NCBI GenBank assembly: GCA_963663195.1
Contig: OY760136.1
Location: 1,982,300-2,046,299 of the forward strand
Reading direction: 5' to 3'
Source of the DNA: Vicinamibacterales bacterium
GTDB lineage: Bacteria > Acidobacteriota > Vicinamibacteria > Vicinamibacterales > UBA8438
DNA: 64,000 nt
The notes beneath the pieces were generated by a model. The model ran no database searches, had not been told where the DNA came from, and was given only the letters and a program-made list of their open reading frames with translations. This document shows positions 1-7,996 of this stretch, in pieces. Both the position numbers and the translations under genes were made by a program. Each line of letters opens with the position of its first letter. The first letter of the stretch is position 1.

Positions 1-1314
1 CGCCAGCCCGCGGTACCCCATCCACTGGACGAGCGCGAGGTTGAGGGCGAGATTCAGGGCGACCGACACCACGCTGATCAGCGTCGGCGTGACGCTGTCC
101 TTCAGCGCGTAGAAACACGGCACGGCGATGCGGACGGCGGAGTAGCCGAGTAGCCCGGGCGCATAGAAGACGAGCGCCGCAGCCGTGGCCGCCGTGTCGG
201 CCGACGCAAAGCTGCCGCGTTCGAAAATGACCTGCACGATCGGCTCCGCCAGCACCATCAACCCGACGAGCGCCGGCACGATCAGCATCAGCATCATGCG
301 GAGCGCATCCGCAATCGTCCGCCGCATGCCGTCCGGATCGTCCTGCGCCGCGTGCCGTGAGACCGCCGGCAGCGTGGCTGTCGCAATCGATACTCCGAAC
401 AGACCGATCGGGACATACATCAACCGGAAGGCGTAGCTGAGCCAGGACACCGCGCCCGTGCCCTCCCCGGCGGCGAGGATCGTGTTGACGAGCAGGTTGA
501 TCTGGACCGCCGCGCCGGCCAGCGTGCCGGGACCCATCAGCCGGAGAATCTCCCGCAGGCCCGGGTCCGAGGGATTGAGGACGGGGCGGTAGCGGTAGCC
601 CTCGCGGCGGAGCGCCGGGACCTGCAGCGCGATTTGCCCGATCCCCCCGAGCAGCATGCCGAACGCGATGGCGATGATGGGATGCAGGCCGAGCGCCGGT
701 GCGAACGGCACGAGGACGAACGCGCTCAGGATGACGCCGACATTAAACATCGCCGGCGAGAGGGCGGGGATGAAGAACCGGTTGAGCGAGTTCAGCATCC
801 CCATCAGCGCGGCGGCCACTGCCACCATGCTCAGGAATGGCAGCAGGATTCTGGTGAGCGTCGCCGTCAGCTCGAGCTTGCCGGGCACTGCGGCATAGTC
901 GCCCGCGATGAGCTCCGTCAGCGGACGCGCATAGATGATGCCGAGCAGGACCAGCAGGCCCGTCACTACCAGTAGCGCATTGATCAGCTGGTTGCCGAGC
1001 CGCCAGGCGGCGGCCTTGCCCTCCCGCCTGAGGCGCCGCGTGAAGGTCGGCACGAAGGCGGCGCTCATCGCGCCCTCGGCGAACAGGTCGCGCATCAGGT
1101 TCGGAATGCGGTACGCGACGTAGAACGCGTCCATCGCGTTGCCGGCGCCGAACAGCCAGGCCAGCACCTGGTCGCGCACCAGTCCGAGCACTCGGCTGGT
1201 CAGGGTGGCTGCGCCGATGACGCCGGCGGACCGGGCGAGACGCGCAGTGGACGATGCGGCGTCCGCAGGCGGCCCCGGCGACGCCCCCGCGGCGGGTTCG
1301 GTCGGGGCTGGCAC
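1..1314 (-). CDS. murJ: Lipid II flippase MurJ (MviN); C-terminal part runs off the window start
   Basis: Not in the ORF track because it is open-ended. Reverse translation from GTG at 1314-1312 gives VPAPTEPAAG...GVIGAATLTSRVLGLVRDQVLAWLFGAG, the MurJ N-terminal signature. Where I spot-translated, the same frame reads IVQVIFERGSFASADTAATA (240-181) and GMLLGGIGQIALQVPALRRE (660-601) with no stop; I did not translate the whole stretch down to base 1. Confidence 0.8.
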   Translation of the reverse strand, partial: MPAPTEPAAGASPGPPADAASSTARLARSAGVIGAATLTSRVLGLVRDQVLAWLFGAGNAMDAFYVAYRIPNLMRDLFAEGAMSAAFVPTFTRRLRREGKAAAWRLGNQLINALLVVTGLLVLLGIIYARPLTELIAGDYAAVPGKLELTATLTRILLPFLSMVAVAAALMGMLNSLNRFFIPALSPAMFNVGVILSAFVLVPFAPALGLHPIIAIAFGMLLGGIGQIALQVPALRREGYRYRPVLNPSDPGLREILRLMGPGTLAGAAVQINLLVNTILAAGEGTGAVSWLSYAFRLMYVPIGLFGVSIATATLPAVSRHAAQDDPDGMRRTIADALRMMLMLIVPALVGLMVLAEPIVQVIFERGSFASADTAATAAALVFYAPGLLGYSAVRIAVPCFYALKDSVTPTLISVVSVALNLALNLALVQWMGYRGLA

Positions 1315-1410
1315 AATCGCTCAGAGTAGCATATGGCTGCGGCTCGCCGGCCGCGTGCGCCGGGAGGAAACCCCGTGTCGCACCGGGACCGGCGCCCTGA
1401 AGGAGGCGAA

Positions 1411-2045
1411 ATGGAGCGGCAGGATCCCCCTGGACGGATGCCGGGCACGGTGCGCTACGGCGTCACGGATACGCCGCTCGGCCCGGTCTGGCTCGGCGTG
1501 TCCGAGCGCGGCGTATGCGACATCACGCTCGGTGCATCGAGCGAGCAGCGCTATCGCGAGCGCCTGGCTCGCTGGGCTTCGGACGCACGCGGCGACAGCG
1601 GCGCGGTGGCGGCTGTCGCGGGCGAGCTGGACGCGTACTTCGCCGGTCGCCTGACACGGTTCTCCGTACCGCTCGATCTGACGCGGGTCACGCCGTTCAC
1701 GCTGCGGGTATTGCGCGCCGCACGGCGGATCGCATTCGGCTGCGTGACCAGCTACGGCGACATCGCCGGGGCATTGGCGCCCCTGCGGCCAGCCGCGCGG
1801 TCGGCGGCGCGCTCGGTCGCAATCCGGTCCCGATCATCGTGCCCTGCCATCGCGTGGTGACGCACGCGCGGCAACTGGGCGGCTTCACGGGCGGCGTTGA
1901 CTTCAAGCGCGCCCTGTTGCGGCTGGAAGGCCATGCCCTGACGGGCAAGTCAGCCGGCACGCGCGTGGATCCACAGGCTGCTAGCGCTGGCGGTTGCGCC
2001 GGCGAACCGGATTCGGACGATTCTGCGGCTCCTCGGCTTCGATGA
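1411..2045 (+). pseudogene. ogt: Methylated-DNA-protein-cysteine methyltransferase (Ogt/MGMT), split by a 1-nt frameshift near 1776
   Basis: AGGAGG at 1401-1406 precedes ATG 1411. The N-terminal part (..[29 protein letters not shown]) lies in the frame of ORF 1333-1860. The continuation [28 protein letters not shown] (PCHR active site) lies in the frame of ORF 1515-2045. The two frames join if one G is added in TTGGCG at 1774-1779. Confidence 0.6.
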
Positions 2046-2649
2046 CCATGCCCGGCCGCGGCGTGCTGCGCAGATCGCCGCCGTCCGGTTGTGACCGGAA
2101 GCCGGCGGGTTCTGCTTCGCGGGCCTCCGGCGCGGCGGATTGAACACGGCGTCTGAGCGATTCGACCAGGTCCAGCTCTTCCATCTCGTCCAGCTCATCG
2201 AACTCGTCCAGCGTCCCTTGTCCGTCGGCCATTGCGCCTGCCGGTCCCGATTCCGGTGTCGCCGAATCCGCCCCTCGCGCGGCCCGCACTTGCCGGTCGC
2301 CCGCCATGATGAAGATGCGCTCGAATGCCGAGCCCCCCGGTTGGCCGATAGACCTGGGAATCGCCACGTAGCCGCCTGCCGATCGCAGCAGCACGCGCAA
2401 CGCCTCGCGCTCCGGAACATCGACCAGCTGGACGGAGATGGACTGATCGGCGAGCCGCCCGGCGCCGTCAAAGCGCGAGCCGCCCTGCCGCTCCCAGGAG
2501 TCGAGAACGGCCGCGAGCGGCGCCTCGCGCGCGGCAATCGTCACGCGTCCCGCGTGAAACGACACCTCCGGCGCCTGTGCCGCCGCGGGGGATGCCGCCA
2601 GCGTTACCGCAACGATCAACACCGTGCGTACCGCGGTGAGGGTTCTCAT
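1981..2649 (-). CDS. Hypothetical secreted protein (signal peptide, acidic C-terminal half)
   Basis: Internal ATG at 2649 of ORF 1981-3123 gives [26 protein letters not shown], a signal peptide with an AxA cleavage site. Upstream of that, the ORF overlaps ychF and looks like an artefact. The acidic stretch is [16 protein letters not shown]. No family recognised with confidence. Confidence 0.55.
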   Translation of the reverse strand: MRTLTAVRTVLIVAVTLAASPAAAQAPEVSFHAGRVTIAAREAPLAAVLDSWERQGGSRFDGAGRLADQSISVQLVDVPEREALRVLLRSAGGYVAIPRSIGQPGGSAFERIFIMAGDRQVRAARGADSATPESGPAGAMADGQGTLDEFDELDEMEELDLVESLRRRVQSAAPEAREAEPAGFRSQPDGGDLRSTPRPGMVIEAEEPQNRPNPVRRRNRQR

Positions 2650-2738
2650 GGTCAATTTCGGCGAGTATATGCGCTCGAACAAGCGCGAGCCACGTACCGC
2701 CGGGGGGTTGGCCCCCAGCCCCAAGCAGAAAATGCCGC

Positions 2739-3821
2739 TCACGTCGCGAAGCGGAAATTGATGACGTCTCCGTCCTGCACGACGTATTCCTTGCCTTCCA
2801 GGCGGACCTCGCCGTGGTTGCGGCACGCGGCGAGCGAGCTGCGGCGCGTCAGGTTCTCGTAGCTCACCACCTCGGCGCGGATGAACCCCCGTTGCATGTC
2901 CGTGTGAATCGCACCGGCCGCCTCCGGCGCCAGGCTGCCGTCGGCTATCGACCACGCGCGGCACTCGTCCTTGCCGACCGTGAAGAACGAGATGTAGCCG
3001 AGCAGCTCGTACGCGGCGCGCACTATGCGGTGCAGTCCTGGTTCCCGCAATCCGAGGTCGGCGAGAAACATGCGCGCGTCCTCCGCGTCGAGCTGGGCTA
3101 TCTCGAGCTCGATCTTCGCGCATACCGGCACGGCTCGAACGTGCGCCTGCGACAGCATGTCGCTCAGGCCGGTCAGCGCCACCGCGCGGTCCGCCTCTCC
3201 GATGTCGTCCTCGTCCAGGTTGATCACCAGCAGTAGCGGCTTGGCCGACAGGAACTGAAACCCGCGCAGCGTGCGTGCGTCGTCCCGTTCGAGCTCGAGA
3301 GAGCGGATGGGCGAGCCGTCTTCCAGCGCCGCGCGACAGCGGGCAAGGACGCCGGCCTCGCGGTCGAGATTGCCGCCTGCACCCTTTCGCTTGTCGCGCT
3401 CGATCCGTTCGAGGCGCCGCTCCGTGACTTCCAGGTCCGCAAGAATCAACTCGTCTTCCACCGCTTGCGCATCGCGGGCCGCATCGACGCCGCCTGCCGC
3501 ATGCGGTACGTCTGCGGCGCGAAACGCCCGCACGACATGCAGCAACGCGTGCGCCTCGCGGTAGGCCCCCACGTCGACAAGATTGCGCGGCGTGGCGGCG
3601 CCGGCAACATCCGCGAATGCGACCGTGGCGGGCACGCGCCGCTGCGGCTCGTACAGCGCCGTCAGCCTGTCAAGTCTGTCATCGGGGACCGCCGCCGTGC
3701 CGATGTGCGCTTCGTTGCGCCCGAATCGTCCGGTCGCACCGTCGGCGGCGGCGCGGGTCAAGAGGCTGAAGAGGGTGGTCTTGCCGGTGGCTGGGAGTCC
3801 GATGAGGCCGGCTCGGAGCAT
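2739..3821 (-). CDS. ychF: Ribosome-binding ATPase YchF (Obg-like)
   Basis: N-terminal P-loop GLIGLPATGKTTLFSLLT. 360 aa. C-terminal TGS-like end EVRLEGKEYVVQDGDVINFRFA. Confidence 0.9.
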   Translation of the reverse strand: MLRAGLIGLPATGKTTLFSLLTRAAADGATGRFGRNEAHIGTAAVPDDRLDRLTALYEPQRRVPATVAFADVAGAATPRNLVDVGAYREAHALLHVVRAFRAADVPHAAGGVDAARDAQAVEDELILADLEVTERRLERIERDKRKGAGGNLDREAGVLARCRAALEDGSPIRSLELERDDARTLRGFQFLSAKPLLLVINLDEDDIGEADRAVALTGLSDMLSQAHVRAVPVCAKIELEIAQLDAEDARMFLADLGLREPGLHRIVRAAYELLGYISFFTVGKDECRAWSIADGSLAPEAAGAIHTDMQRGFIRAEVVSYENLTRRSSLAACRNHGEVRLEGKEYVVQDGDVINFRFAT

Positions 3822-3833
3822 ATTTGCTCCAGT

Positions 3834-4000
3834 CTAGCAGCCCGCGGCGAAAGCCCCGCTGCATTCGACCGCCCATGCATCCCGCCTGAGCTGCGTTGTT
3901 CGTCGCTCACATATGGTCGAATATGTTCGCTTCTCACGCCTTGTCAGCCGGGCGCCTGGCCGGTCTCGGTGCGACGCGGGGCTTCACCGCGGGCTGCTAG
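3834..4000. mobile_element. MITE-like element, family 1 (CTAG-flanked terminal inverted repeats)
   Basis: Left arm CTAGCAGCCCGCGGCGAAAGCCCCGC; right arm GCGGGGCTTCACCGCGGGCTGCTAG (about 22 of 25 positions complementary). Homologous copies lie at 36085-36344 (inverted) and 40761-40872 (right half). No coding potential. Confidence 0.75.
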
Positions 4001-4003
4001 AAC

Positions 4004-4029
4004 ATTCGCTTTATTTTCGAAAAGCGAAT
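4004..4029. promoter_or_regulatory. Perfect 9-bp AT-rich inverted repeat (candidate operator) upstream of the mraZ promoter
   Basis: ATTCGCTTT (4004-4012), N8, AAAGCGAAT (4021-4029). It ends 16 bp upstream of the -35 hexamer. This is a strikingly AT-rich patch in a GC-rich genome. Confidence 0.4.
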
Positions 4030-4044
4030 AAGTGGCGATACGTA

Positions 4045-4074
4045 TTGACATCTCTAACCGCACTTTCTTACCAT
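4045..4074 (+). promoter_or_regulatory. Sigma-70 type promoter of the dcw operon (Pmra-like)
   Basis: TTGACA at 4045-4050, an 18-bp spacer, then TACCAT at 4069-4074. It lies about 40 bp upstream of the mraZ GTG start. Confidence 0.6.
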
Positions 4075-4078
4075 TTGT

Positions 4079-4103
4079 GTGGTTTTTTGTGGGCTGTTGT
4101 GGA
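4079..4103 (+). promoter_or_regulatory. MraZ operator: three GTGG(G/T/A) direct repeats at 10-bp phasing
   Basis: GTGG starts at 4079, 4089 and 4099 (GTGGT, GTGGG, GTGGA), just downstream of the -10 and upstream of mraZ. This matches the known MraZ box arrangement of three TGGGN-type repeats with 10-bp periodicity. Confidence 0.6.
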
Positions 4104-4111
4104 GCTAAAAG

Positions 4112-4552
4112 GTGCTCAGAGGAAATTTCTCAGCCAAAATAGATGACAAGGGGAGGCTGAAGATTCCAACTGCGTTCCGAAGCCTGATTGAGGAAACGCA
4201 CGGCAGCTCCTTGTTCGTGACGAGCCTGGGCGGCGAGTCCGTGCTCATCTATCCGATGCCCGTCTGGATCGGCATCGAAGAGAAGCTCGCCCGCGTGCCG
4301 TCGACCCATCCTGCGCGCAAGAGATTCCTCGATCGCGTCAATTTCTTCGGCCAGCCGGCGGAGGTCGACCGGCAGGGGCGGGTCTCCGTTCACCCGCGGC
4401 TGCGCGAAGCCGCCGGCATGACGGGCGAGGTGGCCGTCATCGGCCAGCAGGATCACCTGGCGGTCTGGAACAACGAGCGGTTCGTCAAGCGGCTCGAGCA
4501 CGACCCGTTCACCGAGGAGGATGCGCACGCCTTGTCGGAGTTGGGAATCTGA
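4112..4552 (+). CDS. mraZ: Transcriptional regulator MraZ
   Basis: MLRGNFSAKIDDKGRLKIPTAFR; two SpoVT/AbrB-like halves; first gene of the dcw cluster. Confidence 0.95.
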   Translation: MLRGNFSAKIDDKGRLKIPTAFRSLIEETHGSSLFVTSLGGESVLIYPMPVWIGIEEKLARVPSTHPARKRFLDRVNFFGQPAEVDRQGRVSVHPRLREAAGMTGEVAVIGQQDHLAVWNNERFVKRLEHDPFTEEDAHALSELGI

Positions 4553-4554
4553 CG

Positions 4555-5460
4555 ATGGCCGCCGTGAACCAACAGCCGCACCACACGCCGGTAATGGCGG
4601 ATGAGGTCGTCACGCTGCTCGATCCGGCGCGCGGCGGTCGATTCGTCGACTGCACGGTCGGGACCGGCGGCCATGCGCAGGCGCTGCTGGCTGCCGGGGC
4701 GGATCGGGTGCTGGGTATCGACCGCGACGCCGAGGTGCTCCCGCTGGCCGCCGCGACGCTCGCCGAGTGGAACGAGCGCGTCGAGCTGGTGCACGCCGAC
4801 TACCGGGAGATCGACGTCGTGCTCGACCAGCGGCAGATTCTGAGCGTCGACGGGCTGCTCGCCGACCTGGGCGTCTCGTCGGTGCAACTCGGGGCGGCCG
4901 GCAGAGGGTTCAGCTTCAAGCGCGACGAGCCGCTCGACATGCGGATGGACCGATCGGCAGGCACCACGGCGGCGGAGTTGCTGCGGGACGCGTCCGAGCG
5001 GACGCTCGCAGACCGCATCTTCGAATACGGAGAAGAACGGTATGCGCGCCGCATTGCCCGGGCGATTGTCGAGGCGCGCGCCCACGGGCCGGTCGCGTCG
5101 ACGGCGCAGCTTGCGGCGCTGGTGCGGCGCGCCGCGCCGCGCGGCCGCGGCCAGCGTGTCGACGCGGCCACACGGACGTTCCAGGCGCTGCGGATCTGGG
5201 TCAACGAGGAACTCGAGGGGTTGGGCCGGTTTCTCCACGTCGCCTGCGCCCGGCTGCGGGCCGGCGCGCGGCTGGCGATCATCACGTTCCATTCGCTCGA
5301 GGATCGCATCGTCAAGTGGGGCCTGCGGGAGCTCGAGCGCGCAGGAGACGTCGCCGTGCGCGTAGTGACGAAACGGCCGCTGCGCCCCGGTCCGGAAGAG
5401 GTCAGGCGAAATCCGCGTGCGCGCAGCGCCAAGCTGCGCGCCGCCGAGAGGTTGCCGTGA
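4555..5460 (+). CDS. rsmH: 16S rRNA (cytosine1402-N4)-methyltransferase RsmH (MraW)
   Basis: HTPVMADEVV...DCTVGTGGHAQALL SAM motif; position after mraZ. Confidence 0.95.
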   Translation: MAAVNQQPHHTPVMADEVVTLLDPARGGRFVDCTVGTGGHAQALLAAGADRVLGIDRDAEVLPLAAATLAEWNERVELVHADYREIDVVLDQRQILSVDGLLADLGVSSVQLGAAGRGFSFKRDEPLDMRMDRSAGTTAAELLRDASERTLADRIFEYGEERYARRIARAIVEARAHGPVASTAQLAALVRRAAPRGRGQRVDAATRTFQALRIWVNEELEGLGRFLHVACARLRAGARLAIITFHSLEDRIVKWGLRELERAGDVAVRVVTKRPLRPGPEEVRRNPRARSAKLRAAERLP

Positions 5461-5849
5461 GCCAACTCGACTTCGACTACGTTGGCAGGCGCGACATACC
5501 GAACAACCCCATCGTGCGTGAGGTCGACAAGGCGCGGCAGCGCGAGCTGTGGCGCTCGGCCGCGGTCGGCGTCTTCCTGGTCTTCGTGCTCCTGTTCTCG
5601 GCCTGGCAGCACTTCGAATTGCTCCAGCTCGGCTATCGGATCGAGCAGAGGCAGCAGGAGCGCGCTCGCGAGATGGAGATCAACCGCCACCTCAGGCTCG
5701 AGATCGAAACACTGCAGGCGCCGGACCGGGTTGAGCGGATCGCCACCGAGCAGCTCGACATGGTGACGCCGGGCAGCGATGAGGCGATCGTCCTCGAACG
5801 CGTGGTGCCGGCGGCCGCGCCGGATGCATCGCTGGTCGCTGCGCGCTGA
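5457..5849 (+). CDS. ftsL: Cell division protein FtsL
   Basis: GTG at 5457 overlaps the rsmH stop (GTGA). About 130 aa with one TM segment (AAVGVFLVFVLLFSAW) followed by a coiled coil (RIEQRQQERAREMEINRHLRLEIETL). The longer ORF 4767-5849 is an upstream artefact inside rsmH. Confidence 0.8.
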   Translation: MSQLDFDYVGRRDIPNNPIVREVDKARQRELWRSAAVGVFLVFVLLFSAWQHFELLQLGYRIEQRQQERAREMEINRHLRLEIETLQAPDRVERIATEQLDMVTPGSDEAIVLERVVPAAAPDASLVAAR

Positions 5850-5859
5850 GGGAAGAACG

Positions 5860-7989
5860 GTGCCGAACAGACAGAACCGTCGCAGTTGGCTGGCGCGTTT
5901 CCGGCCGCTTGGCACGCGGCCGGGCCGCAGCGGCAATGCGCGCCCCGAACGCTCTGCGCGCGACGAACGGCTGCAGGACTGGCGGCCCCTCACGCGCCGC
6001 CGCCTGCTGGTGGGAATCGCGGTCTTCGGCCTGTGGGCGGTCGGCATCGAGGCCAGGCTCGTCCACATGCAGGTGATGCAGCATGAGGCGTTGGTGGCGC
6101 GCGCGGAGCGGCAGCAGAACCGCAGCATCTCGTTGCATCCCAAGCGCGGCGAAATCCTCGATCGCGAAGGACGAGTGCTGGCCTACAGCGTGGACGCCGA
6201 CACCATCTATGCCGTACCGACGGACATCGACGACCCTGCGGCGACGACTGCGGCGGTGTGCGGAGCGCTCGGTGGCTGCACGCCCGCGTGGCGACAAACC
6301 GTCGAGAAGCGGCTCGGCCAGCAACGTGCGTTCGCCTATGTCCGGCGACAGATTTCACCCGACGCCGCGCGGCGGGTTGCAGCGCTGCAGCTCGATGGCA
6401 TCGGCTTCATGAAGGAAAACCGGCGCTACTACCCCAACAAGACGCTGGCCGCCCACCTGCTGGGCTACGTCGGCATCGACAATCAGGGCCTCAGCGGGAT
6501 CGAGGCGGCGTATGACGGGGAGATCGCCGGGCGTTCGGGCAAGGCCCTGATCCAGACGGATGCGCGGCAGCGGGCGTTCAGCCGCATCGAACGGGCGCCT
6601 ACGAGCGGCGCCACGGTCGAACTGACCATCGACAAGTACCTCCAGTACCTGGCGGAGCGGGAATTGCGCGCCGCCGTGCGTGAGCACGACGCCGAGGGCG
6701 GCGCGGTCGTGATGCTCGATCCATTCACGGGAGACGTGCTGGCGCTCGCCAGCGAGCCGAGCTTCAACCCCAATGATTTTGCCGCCTCCACGCCGACGGC
6801 GCGCCGCAACCGCGCCGTCCAGGACGTCTATGAGCCCGGCTCCACTTTCAAGCTGGTCACCACGGCAGCCGCCCTGGAGGGCGGGATCTCGCACCGGGCC
6901 GAGCTGTTCGACGTCAGCCGGGGCTCTATCCGGGTCGGAAACTCCACCATTCCCGACATGCACACCTATGGTGTGCTGTCGCTCGAGGACGTCATCGTCA
7001 AGTCGAGCAACGTCGGGGCGATACAGCTCGGGCTGCGCGTCGGGCCGGAACTGCTCATCGACTTCACACGGCGCTTCGGATTCGGGCGGGCGCTCTCACC
7101 CGATCTGCGGGGCGAGAGCGTCGGCATCGTCCATGATCCGGCCGCGCTGAACGACCGCGCCGTGGCGTCCGTCTCCATGGGATACCAGGTCGCGGTCACG
7201 CCGCTGCAAATGGCGGCCGCCGTCAGCGCGGTCGCGAACGGCGGCGAGCTCGTCGAACCGCGCGTGGTCCGCGCGGTTGTGCGCGGCGGCGTGCGGGAAG
7301 AGCGGCCGCGGCGGGTGCTCGGGCGCGCGGTCGAGCCCGGGACCGTCGCCGAGCTGACCGCCATCATGGAGCAGGTGGTGGAACGTGGCACGGCGCGCTC
7401 CGCGAAGATTCCCGGATACGCGGTCGCAGGCAAGACCGGGACTGCAGAAAAGCTGATCGACGGCCGTTATTCAGACGAGGACCATAACGCTTCGTTCATC
7501 GGGTTCGTGCCCTCCCGCGCGCCGGTGCTCGCGGCCCTGGTGATGATCGACACGCCGCGCGGAGAGCGGTTCACGGGTGGCGCCGTGGCGGCGCCCGTAT
7601 TCCAGCGCATAGCCGCCGCGGCGCTGCGTCACCTGGCCGTCCCGCCGACGGTCAATCCGCATCCACCGGTGCTTATCGAGCCGCGGCTGGAGCCCCGCGT
7701 CGCGTCCACGCCCGTCCAGCATCGCGGTCCCGACGCGCCCGCCCGCGTTACCGCGCCAGCTGCCGCCGCCGCACCCGTTCTCCCGTGCTGCAGCATGCCG
7801 GACGTGCGTGGGTTGAGCGCCCGGCAGGCGCTGGAGGTGCTGGGCCGGATCAATCTCGTCGCGCGCCTGGACGGCGTCGGCTTCGTCGTGAGTCACGACC
7901 CGGCTCCCGGTGTGGCGATTGGACGCGGCACAACCGCGGTGCTGCGCCTGGAACGGCGTCCGGCATCCGCTGGAGAGGGAGCCGGGTGA
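5860..7989 (+). CDS. ftsI: Peptidoglycan D,D-transpeptidase FtsI (class B PBP) with a C-terminal PASTA domain
   Basis: GAGGGAAG precedes GTG 5860. TM segment LLVGIAVFGLWAV. Motifs STFK (EPGSTFK), SSN (KSSNVG) and KTGT (AGKTGTA). The last ~65 aa (MPDVRGLSARQALEVLGRINLVARLDGVGFVVSHDPAPGVAIGRGTTAVLRL) look PASTA-like. Confidence 0.9.
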   Translation: MPNRQNRRSWLARFRPLGTRPGRSGNARPERSARDERLQDWRPLTRRRLLVGIAVFGLWAVGIEARLVHMQVMQHEALVARAERQQNRSISLHPKRGEILDREGRVLAYSVDADTIYAVPTDIDDPAATTAAVCGALGGCTPAWRQTVEKRLGQQRAFAYVRRQISPDAARRVAALQLDGIGFMKENRRYYPNKTLAAHLLGYVGIDNQGLSGIEAAYDGEIAGRSGKALIQTDARQRAFSRIERAPTSGATVELTIDKYLQYLAERELRAAVREHDAEGGAVVMLDPFTGDVLALASEPSFNPNDFAASTPTARRNRAVQDVYEPGSTFKLVTTAAALEGGISHRAELFDVSRGSIRVGNSTIPDMHTYGVLSLEDVIVKSSNVGAIQLGLRVGPELLIDFTRRFGFGRALSPDLRGESVGIVHDPAALNDRAVASVSMGYQVAVTPLQMAAAVSAVANGGELVEPRVVRAVVRGGVREERPRRVLGRAVEPGTVAELTAIMEQVVERGTARSAKIPGYAVAGKTGTAEKLIDGRYSDEDHNASFIGFVPSRAPVLAALVMIDTPRGERFTGGAVAAPVFQRIAAAALRHLAVPPTVNPHPPVLIEPRLEPRVASTPVQHRGPDAPARVTAPAAAAAPVLPCCSMPDVRGLSARQALEVLGRINLVARLDGVGFVVSHDPAPGVAIGRGTTAVLRLERRPASAGEGAG

Positions 7990-7996
7990 GGCTGTG

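Noticed and set aside
1770-1782. Programmed -1 ribosomal frameshift in ogt.
   Set aside because: There is no slippery X-XXY-YYZ heptamer at the junction (GCATTGGCGCCC) and no obvious downstream pseudoknot. No such recoding is known for this family. An indel, biological or from assembly, is the simpler explanation.
4767-5849. Very long N-terminal extensions of real genes in the ORF track: ftsL 4767, mraY 10669, murD 11184, ftsQ 16464, lepA 32551, lepB 34488, mutS2 29221, dinG 39863, glyA 40726, folC 59548, ddl 63976 and the M20 peptidase 46673.
   Set aside because: The extensions overlap the preceding gene in another frame. The conserved protein begins at an internal ATG, GTG or TTG that typically overlaps or abuts the upstream stop codon. 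I used those internal starts.
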